Shown here one piece after another: positions 10,486 through 20,203 of a DNA stretch of 64,000 nt. The position numbers and the translations under genes were made by a program. The stretch is taken from assembly GCA_965207375.1 (NCBI GenBank), contig OZ242274.1:160001-224000 (forward strand), written 5' to 3'. The notes under the pieces were generated by a model. The model was not told the DNA's origin. It did not search any database and saw only the letters and a program-made list of their open reading frames with translations. Within the stretch, counting starts at the first letter, position 1, and the number at the start of each line of letters is the position of its first letter. This DNA is from Nitrosopumilaceae archaeon (GTDB taxonomy: Archaea > Thermoproteota > Nitrososphaeria > Nitrososphaerales > Nitrosopumilaceae).

Positions 10486-11598
10486 TCATTGGGGTAGTTT
10501 TGACGCAAAGTCAGACCACATGTCGGCTTTATGCAACTTGTTGTACCAGAATTGGTTATAATGTTCTACAGTTAAAAACAAAAATTCCAAAAATTCTTTG
10601 TGTGAAAATCCTTCCGGAAGCAGTTTGATGGCCAATCTTGCATCCTGAAGGTACAAATTGCCTTTTTCTAGGGTCAGTTCAAATCCCTTCTGAACGTCGT
10701 CTGCCAATAGGGAATAATATAACGGCCAGGATGGAATTTTTACAAATCCATTTTTAATAGAGTCCTCAATTTCGTTTCCACAGCCTACACCCTGTGCAGC
10801 ACATGCCATACCCAGATAAAAGATTTCTCCCAATGGCCTCTGTGCCAAAGCCATGTTTTTTCCAGCAGTACCCATAACTGCACGGTATTTTTTGTATGAC
10901 AGCGTCATTTCCTCCTCAGTAATGCTAGTTGGTTTTGTCTTTAATTTTTCGTCTACATATTGACCCACTCTTGCGTCTTTGAATCCGTCTTCGAATTCCT
11001 TGAGAACCTGTTCGCCACCCTTTGCAATCTTGTTTCTAGCTAATTGTAAAATATATGGATTCATCAGTTTGTAGTCATCTAAATAATCCAAATCTTCATC
11101 TTTGTCTACGATTCTGTCCATTGGTTCACTAAGATCAATTGCAAGAATGTGACCCTCGACAATATCTTGTTTTAGTTCAAAATGATCTCCTGAATATGCA
11201 GATGCTGCATCAAATAGGGCGTTAAATACTGGAAAGGTCATTTTTACAAAATTGGAATTGAGAATCCGCACTACTCTGTCTTTTAGTACGTCGCTGTCTT
11301 CTAATTTTGATTTGATTGGATCAATTTGTGATGCTTGTAAAATAATTTCAGTAGAACCTACCTCGTCTGCAAAAGCCTGCTGAGTTGTATTTGGTGAGGA
11401 ATCTGATTTGATTACCTTGTGCAGGTCATATACGAATCTGTCAGTAAAGTCGGGAAAATTGTTTTCGGTTTCCTCCTTGTATTTGTTAAACAGTTTGAAT
11501 CCTTTGGACTTGAAAAGTCCCTGTTTCATGATTTGCTTTCCGGGTCTTGTACTCATCAGGGCTTCCTTGCTTACCACCGACTGATCTTTGCTGCTCAC
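10486..11598 (-). CDS. Conserved thaumarchaeal hypothetical protein
   Basis: 370-aa ORF co-oriented with and 6 bp from rfcL; no motif recognised. Confidence 0.75.
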   Translation of the reverse strand: MSSKDQSVVSKEALMSTRPGKQIMKQGLFKSKGFKLFNKYKEETENNFPDFTDRFVYDLHKVIKSDSSPNTTQQAFADEVGSTEIILQASQIDPIKSKLEDSDVLKDRVVRILNSNFVKMTFPVFNALFDAASAYSGDHFELKQDIVEGHILAIDLSEPMDRIVDKDEDLDYLDDYKLMNPYILQLARNKIAKGGEQVLKEFEDGFKDARVGQYVDEKLKTKPTSITEEEMTLSYKKYRAVMGTAGKNMALAQRPLGEIFYLGMACAAQGVGCGNEIEDSIKNGFVKIPSWPLYYSLLADDVQKGFELTLEKGNLYLQDARLAIKLLPEGFSHKEFLEFLFLTVEHYNQFWYNKLHKADMWSDFASKLPQ

Positions 11599-11673
11599 AA
11601 GGCTTTAGCTCATATGTTGTTATTTATGCTTTCAAAAAACTCCACTTAAATTACGAAAAATTTCAAAAGCGTC

Positions 11674-12471
11674 ATGAAAGTAATTGACGTCTTACAAAAC
11701 GCATCAAAGCTGGTTTATGATAATGTAAAGGATCTGGCAGGTACCGAAGATGCCGCAGGAGATAACGGAATAGGCAGAGGTGGAGACATATCGCGAAATA
11801 TCGACATTATTGCAGAAAAAACTGTTCTAGACTATCTAAGAAAAGTTAATTTTGACTGTACCGTCTTAGGAGAAGAGTGCGGCACAGTACAGATATCAGA
11901 AAATCCAAGTGGATTTGTAATTATGGATGCAATAGACGGCTCTGCTAATGCAGTCAGAGGCGTTCCGTTTTTTTGCTGTTCGCTTGCCTTTGCAACCAAA
12001 GACAGACTAAGCTCTGTTACAGACGGGGTGGTTACCAACCTAGCTACCGGAGAAACGTACAGGGCCACCGCAGGTAATGGATGCTATTTAGATGAAAAAC
12101 AGATTAAAGTTCGCTCCAAAGAACCGATTTACAAAATTGTCGGAGTCAACACTTCAGGTGCAAGTAAGGAGCTTGTGGGACGATTAGATCCTGTCTTTGA
12201 AAATCATAATCACGTCAGACATTTTGGTGCAAACGCATTAGAAATGGCACTAGTTGCTAGAGGATTGATGGATGTATTTATTGATTTGCGCAAAAAAATT
12301 AGAATACAGGATTTGGCTGCAGGTTACATACTTGTCAAGGAGGCAGGAGGCCTGATTTTAGATGAAAATTATGAACCGTTGGATTCTGATTTGAGTTATG
12401 AGACTAGGTTGTCCTTTGTTGCAGCTTCGAATCAAAAGATTATAGATGATGTAATGTCAAAAGTAAAATAA
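11674..12471 (+). CDS. suhB: Inositol monophosphatase / fructose-1,6-bisphosphatase family protein
   Basis: LGEE, DAIDGSAN and DLAAG motifs. Confidence 0.88.
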   Translation: MKVIDVLQNASKLVYDNVKDLAGTEDAAGDNGIGRGGDISRNIDIIAEKTVLDYLRKVNFDCTVLGEECGTVQISENPSGFVIMDAIDGSANAVRGVPFFCCSLAFATKDRLSSVTDGVVTNLATGETYRATAGNGCYLDEKQIKVRSKEPIYKIVGVNTSGASKELVGRLDPVFENHNHVRHFGANALEMALVARGLMDVFIDLRKKIRIQDLAAGYILVKEAGGLILDENYEPLDSDLSYETRLSFVAASNQKIIDDVMSKVK

Positions 12472-12781
12472 AACAGCCTAGACAGAATTACAAATTCTGA
12501 TATCATTTATCTCACCTTATAAAACCAATTAGAATATTTTTTTCATGTTTTTGCAACATTAACATCACGGTCAGATTTTTATTTTTTAACAAAGCAATTT
12601 CATATCTAAAATTATCATAATTTCAAAACGCCAACGGTTACAAACGTGTTGATCACGATGAAATTATTTAGATACAGTGTAACTTTGAAATTTACAGATA
12701 GTAACTAACTCGCACAAGCAGGCGATACCGAAATTATTGGTTTTTGTGATATCTTCTTGATTGAAGTTGGTGAAAATAAAA

Positions 12782-12859
12782 TGGCGCCCTCGGCGGGATT
12801 TGAACACGCGTCTCAGCCGTGACAGGGCCGAATTCTAGACCGGGCTATACTACAAGGGC
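12782..12859 (-). tRNA. tRNA-Asp(GTC), CCA encoded
   Basis: Reverse complement GCCCTTGTAGTATAGCCCGG...CCCT-GTC-ACGG...GTTCAAATCCCGCCGAGGGCG-CCA folds as a cloverleaf. Confidence 0.93.
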
Positions 12860-12956
12860 ACTGTAAAATAAAAATAAGAATCGACGTTTAAAAGTTTCTT
12901 GAAGCTAAGAATACTTGTAAAAGACTAAATTATGTGGATCAGGAGTTTGTTTACGG

Positions 12957-13030
12957 GGGTCTATAGCGCAGCCAGGTAGCGCACTGGCCTTTTAAGCCAG
13001 CTGTCGTGGGTCCGAATCCCACTAGACCCG
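12957..13030 (+). tRNA. tRNA-Lys(TTT); integration target
   Basis: GGGTCTA...CTGGC-CT-TTT-AA-GCCAG...GTGGG TCCGAAT CCCAC TAGACCC G cloverleaf. Confidence 0.93.
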
Positions 13031-13033
13031 CTT
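13014..13033 (+). repeat. attL core (tRNA-Lys 3' end)
   Basis: Identical to 49609-49628. Confidence 0.9.
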
Positions 13034-13073
13034 CATTTTTGACATTTAATTAGGACACGCACGAAATCTAGGC

Positions 13074-14393
13074 GTGCCAATACGACTAGACCAAAGCGAT
13101 ATTATACAGACAACAGATGATGCATTAGCATTGTTTAGTACCGGCATCAAGACCAAGGCAACAAAACAAACCTACGAAAAACGCCTCAAAGAGTTTCTGT
13201 GCGGTACTTTGGAAAATTATCTTGATGGTGATTCAGAACTGCGAGACAGGCAAAAAAAGGAACGCTTGGCCGAAGGCAGCAATGCAGAAATTGGCAAGAC
13301 TTTGGATGCAGATTTTTCAGCCAGAGCCAGTGAATTGGTAAAAAAGGCAAAAGATGACCCAGATGCAGTGATGGGTCTACTGCTTGCATATTCTTCAAAA
13401 TTAAAGGAAAGATGCGACAAGCCTGCTGAAGATCCAGATCATCTCAATCCTAATACCGTACCTAATATGTTCAAGCCAATAAAGAAACTGTTCAAAATGA
13501 ATGGTGTTCATTTTCAATGGGAACGAATTGATTCCACATACCCCGAGTCTGAGACCAATCGTGACACTAGGGGATATACGCGAGAAGAAATTACCTCTAT
13601 TCTAGGATTTGCCAATCCACTTGAAAAGGCTGCCATATACCTTGCATCCTCATCTGGTATGAGGCGAGGTGGATTTGATTTTACCTGGGACTGCATCAAA
13701 CCTGTGTACAAAAAGGATAATGATTATTTCATGGGAAATTATGATGATAATGAAACTACTGGTGTTGTGTGTGGTGTGGTTACCGTGTATGCAGGCTCTA
13801 ATGAGCAATATTTCGCAATGTTTACACCAGAGGCATGGAAGGCAATCTGTGTGTATAGAACCCAATGGCACTCTGATACATTGCAGCATCCAAAACCCAA
13901 GGATGGATTCCTAAAGCGCGCAGGTGCTCAGATAAAATTGCTCAGCTGTGATGCATTGGCAACCAGGCTCAACAAAGTACTCAAAAAAGCAAAGGTCAGA
14001 GGACCACTTGAGGCAGGCAAAAGAAACCACGAGGTGCCAATCATGAATGGATTCAGAAGATACTTTAACAAAATCAACAAGGAGACCTTTTCAAGAGATT
14101 CTCCCCTGGCATCGTTGATAAAAAAGGAGATGATGCTTAGTCATACAGGCCTGCTAAAACTTGACAAGAATTACTTTCAAACACACTGGAAGGAGCTAGT
14201 CGAAGAGTATCTGGGTGCAGTTCCTGCACTGACTGTTTCCTCGGAACAAAGAGCAAAGGCAGAAAACCAGAAATTACGTGTAGAAAAATCCGAACTTGAG
14301 GACAAGAACCAGCAGCTACAGGCCATGAAGGAAGAGATAGACAAGATTCGTCAAAGGATGGATATTGCAGATAGGTTTGACAAGAAGGCATAA
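13074..14393 (+). CDS. int: Tyrosine recombinase / integrase
   Basis: SSGMRRG (R), NGFRR (HxxR-like), LSHTG, DKNYF (Y); starts 43 bp after the tRNA. Confidence 0.88.
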   Translation: MPIRLDQSDIIQTTDDALALFSTGIKTKATKQTYEKRLKEFLCGTLENYLDGDSELRDRQKKERLAEGSNAEIGKTLDADFSARASELVKKAKDDPDAVMGLLLAYSSKLKERCDKPAEDPDHLNPNTVPNMFKPIKKLFKMNGVHFQWERIDSTYPESETNRDTRGYTREEITSILGFANPLEKAAIYLASSSGMRRGGFDFTWDCIKPVYKKDNDYFMGNYDDNETTGVVCGVVTVYAGSNEQYFAMFTPEAWKAICVYRTQWHSDTLQHPKPKDGFLKRAGAQIKLLSCDALATRLNKVLKKAKVRGPLEAGKRNHEVPIMNGFRRYFNKINKETFSRDSPLASLIKKEMMLSHTGLLKLDKNYFQTHWKELVEEYLGAVPALTVSSEQRAKAENQKLRVEKSELEDKNQQLQAMKEEIDKIRQRMDIADRFDKKA

Positions 14394-14552
14394 CAGTTTT
14401 TTTCTAGATTTTCCAGATAAAATATTTGTATTCTCTATTGTTGGATTGCTTGGTAGGTAGGTGTAATTAAAATTGAGGGAGACAATAAATGGAAAATAAT
14501 AATTTAGTATTTCTCCGAAAGATCAAAATAGAAGTTATTTACACATAAAGTA

Positions 14553-15014
14553 ATGGAGCATTATCTAGATACTATCATTCTAGCCGTTATTGCTATATTT
14601 GCAGGTATTAGTGGTTTAGCTGCATGGTTTACATTTAAAAATACAAAAAAACACTATACCACTCATGAAAAATACATTTCATCTCAAATAATAATGCAAA
14701 TATTAAAGATGACAGAAAACTACTATGAGATAAATAATAAGATACTAGAAAAGGATATTAAAGAATATGAAACCGATGATGATTTGGAGCCATACATGAA
14801 TCATCTAGAAGGTCTTGGAAGATATTACCGTGATGGGCTTGTAACATATGAACATGTAGAAAACGACTTTGTTGAATTGCTTATAAAAATAAAAAAAGAC
14901 AACCTCCTTGAGCATTGCTTTGGAGATAAAATAAAATTAAACACTAGACGATTTGAAAATGTAAAATATCTTATTGCAAAGATTACTCCACCTAATGATT
15001 CCAAAAAAGAATAG
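14553..15014 (+). CDS. Single-pass membrane hypothetical protein (DUF4760-like)
   Basis: N-terminal TM helix; YMNHLEGLG...DGLV pattern. Confidence 0.65.
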   Translation: MEHYLDTIILAVIAIFAGISGLAAWFTFKNTKKHYTTHEKYISSQIIMQILKMTENYYEINNKILEKDIKEYETDDDLEPYMNHLEGLGRYYRDGLVTYEHVENDFVELLIKIKKDNLLEHCFGDKIKLNTRRFENVKYLIAKITPPNDSKKE

Positions 15015-15284
15015 AATCAAAATACATACTAAGTCATTGTAACTTCATAATAATGGGATTTGCTAGTCTGAATCGTTTTTAGGTTTGCCACGTTTTCCTG
15101 TGGATGTATGATCTACTGTTGTTGCAGGAGTGCTAGGTTTTTTTCTTTTTTTCTTGGGTTTTTCGTCAGTCATAAAAAAACCCAACATGGCACTCTAATA
15201 AAATGATCCTTTAATCCAGCTAAACGAAATGTGATCCTAATTCTACCTGCGATAATGAAATTTTGTGTCTAAATCATCACAGAA

Positions 15285-15902
15285 TCATTCTAATTGAATT
15301 ATTGATAACAAATCAAAAAATAATATGATAGCCCCAAGTAAAATGCCTAGCACCACATAGATTGCTATGCTTCCTGCAATACTGATTGCTATGCTTTTTG
15401 CAATACTATATACTCTATTTTTTGCTTTGATTTTAAATGCAAAATCTTGTGTAGCGTACACTTTACCATTTTTGTAATTAATCCACACACCAACCCCGAT
15501 CTGGTTGTAATTGCCTAATATGTTGAAGCGATGTCCGGCACTTTTCATCCACATCTTGACTAATTCTGAAGCCAAGGATCTTTCATTTTTGGATCTGGCA
15601 TGATGCTTGACGCCTTTACTAATGGTAAAGTGCGTATCTGTCCAAGTATATGCAATGTTTTCACCTATGCCCATATCCAAACCTGCCTTATCTGCCCTAT
15701 CTGTCGGTTCGTCTAAACTACCTAAAGTCTTATGACTATAATATTTTCTTCTTGCCATGTCTCTAGAATGATTGCGAGCGATTCTGCCTATTGAGCGTGA
15801 CCATGCTAGTTGATTTAGCCTATGTTTTCGTCTCTCTCTGTTTGTAATTTCAAATATGTGCCGTTCTATTTTTGACACTGACAACTTTCGATTGAATATC
15901 AA
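15285..15902 (-). CDS. CAP/SCP domain protein with C-terminal membrane anchor
   Basis: TNRERR, ARNHSRDMA..YYSH, GENIA, WMKSAGHRFNIL, ATQDF. Confidence 0.88.
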   Translation of the reverse strand: MIFNRKLSVSKIERHIFEITNRERRKHRLNQLAWSRSIGRIARNHSRDMARRKYYSHKTLGSLDEPTDRADKAGLDMGIGENIAYTWTDTHFTISKGVKHHARSKNERSLASELVKMWMKSAGHRFNILGNYNQIGVGVWINYKNGKVYATQDFAFKIKAKNRVYSIAKSIAISIAGSIAIYVVLGILLGAIILFFDLLSIIQLE

Positions 15903-16085
15903 GTCATAAAATGTGGGATTTTCTCAAATAAGTAGTTAAACAGCTAAACAAAATGTGTGCAAAATAGGCCAAAATCTACCGCAAAATGCAAAGAGAACAA
16001 CAGGTGCAGGTTAAGAATTTGGGTCACATTTCGCTTAGCTGAAGGATGTAAAAAACATATTAACGCAAAAAACCTAGATGAACAA

Positions 16086-16340
16086 ATGAATGAAAGTGAA
16101 ATAAAATCAGAAATTAATGAATTTTTTAAGATTTGGATTACAGCACATGAACACTTACAAACCAAAAAATCCGAATATGAAATAAAAAAAGATGATGAAT
16201 GGAGATTTGTAAATATGATATTAGAAAAACAACATAGAGATGAGGTGAAGGGTTATTTGGATTATATTGCATTTACAATGGATACGATTGATACATCACT
16301 GTGGAAAATAGCTAATCCTGATACTCCCAAGGATGAGTGA
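16086..16340 (+). CDS. Hypothetical protein
   Basis: ORF with likely ATG at 16086. Confidence 0.5.
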   Translation: MNESEIKSEINEFFKIWITAHEHLQTKKSEYEIKKDDEWRFVNMILEKQHRDEVKGYLDYIAFTMDTIDTSLWKIANPDTPKDE

Positions 16341-16629
16341 CACTCAGGATAACTTTATCAATTCTTTTACCTCGTAATTAAGCAGTTCATAATCCCACAG
16401 TATTTTTCCTGTATCAAAGCCTTGATTGAGACTTTGTGCCTTTTACATATTGTCTAGTCCAGTCTATTTAGAATATGTTCAGTATTTCTATCAAGTTTCT
16501 TTTCAATACCTACCATTGAAGGTATAAGGCTGCAGGAACTATAAGATCGTATTGTGTAATATTACCTTCACTTCAAGTCACAATCCCACTTTTCATGCAG
16601 TTTAATGAGTATCTGTTCTAGAAGATGTT

Positions 16630-16857
16630 TTATTCATACTGCATATTTTGATATGTGGAATCACCAATTCTTTGAATTTCTCCTGATTTGTTCAGTGAGT
16701 ATATTGCACTACGAATCCTATGTTTTATCTCGTTTTCTTTGATGTAAACATCTGGATGATTCACAAGTGCCTCATACAATTCTGAAAGCGTAACCTGTTT
16801 TTTATCCCGTATTACTTCCCGAACAATTCGAATCAGAGAAATGCGCTTCTGTTTCAT
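16630..16857 (-). CDS. Small winged-helix DNA-binding protein
   Basis: VTLSELYEAL...IRSAIYSL..SGEIQRIGDSTY wHTH pattern. Confidence 0.65.
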   Translation of the reverse strand: MKQKRISLIRIVREVIRDKKQVTLSELYEALVNHPDVYIKENEIKHRIRSAIYSLNKSGEIQRIGDSTYQNMQYE

Positions 16858-16982
16858 TTTTTTACCATATTTACTATTTTATACGTATTATTAGAGATTT
16901 TCTAATCTATATAATAATCCCAAAAAATATGAAATGGGGGTTTCAAACAACCTAGTCTGGATTAGGTCACTCAATTCTGAAA

Positions 16983-17927
16983 TTATTGATGGAAAATAGT
17001 ATGTGAAAACAAACTAGCAGATATTCCTATCAACTGTATATCAAATTTTAAAGATGGCTCTATTCTGGTACGTGCATTATGTATTCTAAATGATATTGTC
17101 CAGCCATTATCAAAAGTTACGATTAAAATATTGTCTTGTTTTCTTTCGGTGTCAATTATCTTTCTTGGCATTTTTAGACGTGAAATTTTGTTTTTGGGTT
17201 TTATATTATTGCAAGGATAATTTAATGTTCCACACATGTTGTAGCCCTGTATTTTGGTACATTCATTATGTTTAATTATCTTGTAAAAGTCATTTTTTCC
17301 TAATAGATATTCAAGTAACAATTTTGGCACTTGGGGATTGTTTGACAAACTACACAATTCTTTTTCAAACGCATCTAGTGTAGGAATATAATATGAAGAT
17401 TCTTTGTTGTCAAGATCACGCCAGTTTTGATTTGGATTCTGTTTGAGTAGTGTTCTTATATCACCAAATATTTTACCTACACTCTTCATGTATTCATTGG
17501 AACAATTAACACCTAGCCATTCCTTCCCAAAATCTATCTTATCTGATAATCTTGAATGCTTAACTGCCGTATGATTGTTCTTTGCAGAAAACCCAATCTC
17601 CCAATTATGTACAGACCTTACCATAATCACATCCCTAACATCACCTTTTGCACCTTGTTGATCAGGCTGTATTGTTATGTGCAATTCGTCATCACTTATA
17701 GAGTGCTCAAGACGTGGTTCAAGATCTGAAATATAATCAACTGCTACACGTGCAGATTTTATGTATAGTTTTTGTTCCGTCAAGGTAAACAAGTCATAGC
17801 AGTTTTGTGCATTATAATATGATGTATTTTTTATGATTGTTATTTTTTGTCCATTATTTAGTTTGTCAAATAATTCAGTACATAGTGCATATTCAAATGC
17901 CTTTCCAGATTGCATTTGATTAGGCAT
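16983..17927 (-). CDS. HaeIII-family type II restriction endonuclease (probable GGCC)
   Basis: GKAFEYA, GDVRD, EIGFSAKNNHTAVKHSRLS, SFRIHNA...SLKFD are typical of the HaeIII family. Confidence 0.85.
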   Translation of the reverse strand: MPNQMQSGKAFEYALCTELFDKLNNGQKITIIKNTSYYNAQNCYDLFTLTEQKLYIKSARVAVDYISDLEPRLEHSISDDELHITIQPDQQGAKGDVRDVIMVRSVHNWEIGFSAKNNHTAVKHSRLSDKIDFGKEWLGVNCSNEYMKSVGKIFGDIRTLLKQNPNQNWRDLDNKESSYYIPTLDAFEKELCSLSNNPQVPKLLLEYLLGKNDFYKIIKHNECTKIQGYNMCGTLNYPCNNIKPKNKISRLKMPRKIIDTERKQDNILIVTFDNGWTISFRIHNARTRIEPSLKFDIQLIGISASLFSHTIFHQ

Positions 17928-17931
17928 TTTA

Positions 17932-18702
17932 TCAATCCAGGTCGTGACTTAAAATCAAAACTTCTCTTGATTTTTTATTATTTGACATTCCGTATTTCCA
18001 TTCAGGATAATGAAAGCGATAACCATCATAAAGAGAGTGGATTTGCTTGCAGTCATTATATGACAAAATCCATCTTTTACGCTTGTGTAGTAGATTAGCC
18101 AGCGCCTCATGATCAAACCCATCATGCATATTGCCTTTATCACCATACAAACGACTTTGTATAAGATATGGTGGATCAAGATACAATAGTTTGCCCCTGT
18201 TTTTTGGGATTGATTTTGTAAAATCAGCATGTGATACTTGTAAGTTTTGAATGCTGAAATTTACAAGTCTTTCAATGGCAGATTGTGTAAAACGTGGATG
18301 GTCTGGCGACATTCCGCCTGATAGTGTGGTGCCTGAAAAAGAACATCTGTTCAGAACATAAAATATTGCCGCTCTTTCATATTTTGAATGATTCTTGTAT
18401 GTCTTTTGAAGTTTATAAAAATCCGGTCTTGACATAGGATAATATTTGGTCACAGCATCTGCTAGTCTCTTTGGGTCCTTCAAAAGACATTGCCAAAATT
18501 CTACAACAGGCTTGAAATTATCATAGCCAATTACCTTAATGCCATTATTTGCACAGAAAAGTTCAACTGAGCCTCCCCCAAAAAAAGGTGAGCAGATAAT
18601 TTTTGTATCTTGAGGTATGAAATTCGATATTTCCAAAACACCTCTTGATTTGCCACCGCAATATCTTAGTGGTGATTTTGAATGCTTTTTAACAACTTGC
18701 AT
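17932..18702 (-). CDS. Dam-like (D12 class) amino-methyltransferase, probably N4-cytosine GGCC
   Basis: PLRYCGGKS, SPFFGGGS and YLDPPY motifs; adjacent to the endonuclease. Confidence 0.85.
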   Translation of the reverse strand: MQVVKKHSKSPLRYCGGKSRGVLEISNFIPQDTKIICSPFFGGGSVELFCANNGIKVIGYDNFKPVVEFWQCLLKDPKRLADAVTKYYPMSRPDFYKLQKTYKNHSKYERAAIFYVLNRCSFSGTTLSGGMSPDHPRFTQSAIERLVNFSIQNLQVSHADFTKSIPKNRGKLLYLDPPYLIQSRLYGDKGNMHDGFDHEALANLLHKRKRWILSYNDCKQIHSLYDGYRFHYPEWKYGMSNNKKSREVLILSHDLD

Positions 18703-18835
18703 CTGCCTTCACCCAATGATTACATTGTGAACAACATGGTATTTTCATTTTTGAGAAAAACTCATGACCGCATTCTTCACATTTTATGACCCGCCTTTTC
18801 TTTAGTTGTTCTGTATATTTTCTAGCTTTGGCCAC
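18689..18835 (-). CDS. 48-aa zinc-ribbon microprotein (not in ORF track)
   Basis: Manual translation MAKARKYTEQLKKRRVIKCEECGHEFFSKMKIPCCSQCNHWVKADASC; overlaps the methylase start; paralog at 36779-36913. Confidence 0.65.
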   Translation of the reverse strand: MAKARKYTEQLKKRRVIKCEECGHEFFSKMKIPCCSQCNHWVKADASC

Positions 18836-18961
18836 ATTTCGATACTAGATGTATACTATTTTAGTGTATATACTATACAAAAGTATACGGTTCATAAATG
18901 CATATACAATAGTATTCAAGAAACCCAAAGCGATCTAGATAAAATTAAAATATCTATTAAC

Positions 18962-20203
18962 ATGGGAGACTTTGTGAGCACCAAAATATCTACCGAAAGA
19001 AAGCAATATTATGACAAACTTCAAAGAACGCTAAAACCGAAGGAGACATACAAAGTTCCATACAAATCTAATACAGAATATACTGCACTTCCAAAATACA
19101 CAATTCCAATTGGTGATTTTCAAACAGGACTCAGATACAATCTGTATAACTCTAGAATATTAAGATCAATAGAGTTTGAAGAGTCTAAAGGTACAAAACT
19201 AGATCCATCAGATGAAGCTACTCAAAAACTAATCGAAGAAATTCTTCTCAATGACAAAAATTATTCTAGTCGTGCACCTGAAAAATTAGCAGAAGATTTA
19301 GACAACAGCGGCCAACAGGAACCTGCGATAATATCATGTGATGGGGTTATTTGGGATGGAAATAGAAGAATAGCTACAAAGAGAAATAAAAAGAGAGAGA
19401 CTGGGGATCCAAAATGGGATACAGTAAAATGTGTATTTCTTCCAGAACTTGATAAAAAACAACTGAAACTATTAGAACATCGCATTCAGATGGCACCAGA
19501 ACTTCGTGAGGATTATGACAGAATAACATTATTTCTTGATTGTAGAAAGAGAATAAGGGAAGATAAATGGACACTTGAGGAACTTGTTAATTCATTCAAA
19601 GATAGGTATACAAAAAAAGAGATTGAGGATTTTATCAAGCAAATTGACATAATAGATGAGTATTTGATACGAATAGGACGACCAAAAAATTATCCAAATA
19701 TTGGTGATAAAGGTGCCGAATTTTTTACCATCATGCAAAAACATATTGAAAAAGAGGACAAGAAATTAGGCACTAATAAGATTGATTTGGCCAAAATAAA
19801 AACGGAATTTTTTGCTGCAGCAGCACACCCTAAATCTACATATCAACATGCTCGAAATCTTGGCAAGATTTTGGCAAAAGAAGATACAAGAAAGACATAT
19901 CTTGCAAATTCCAAGATTTTCAAGGAGCATGCAAAGTACACCGTACCTGATAATGATGGAATTGAAAAAACATTTTTACCTAAATCTACAGATGATGTCA
20001 TTAAAAACATCACATCAACATCTGCTGAGATGAGTGCACGTGAAGTTGATGGACCCGAAACACTTGCAAACAAAGCATTGGACAAGCTTAATGACATCAA
20101 AGAAGAATATATTAAACAGGATGACTCTGATCTACTAAATACACTAAAACAAATTGAGAAACGCATAGTGATATTGAAGAAATACCTAAACGAAGATGTT
20201 TAA
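18962..20203 (+). CDS. ParB/Srx-like N-terminal domain protein
   Basis: GQQEPAIISCDGVIWDGNRR ParB-type motif; first gene of an overlapping operon. Confidence 0.75.
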   Translation: MGDFVSTKISTERKQYYDKLQRTLKPKETYKVPYKSNTEYTALPKYTIPIGDFQTGLRYNLYNSRILRSIEFEESKGTKLDPSDEATQKLIEEILLNDKNYSSRAPEKLAEDLDNSGQQEPAIISCDGVIWDGNRRIATKRNKKRETGDPKWDTVKCVFLPELDKKQLKLLEHRIQMAPELREDYDRITLFLDCRKRIREDKWTLEELVNSFKDRYTKKEIEDFIKQIDIIDEYLIRIGRPKNYPNIGDKGAEFFTIMQKHIEKEDKKLGTNKIDLAKIKTEFFAAAAHPKSTYQHARNLGKILAKEDTRKTYLANSKIFKEHAKYTVPDNDGIEKTFLPKSTDDVIKNITSTSAEMSAREVDGPETLANKALDKLNDIKEEYIKQDDSDLLNTLKQIEKRIVILKKYLNEDV

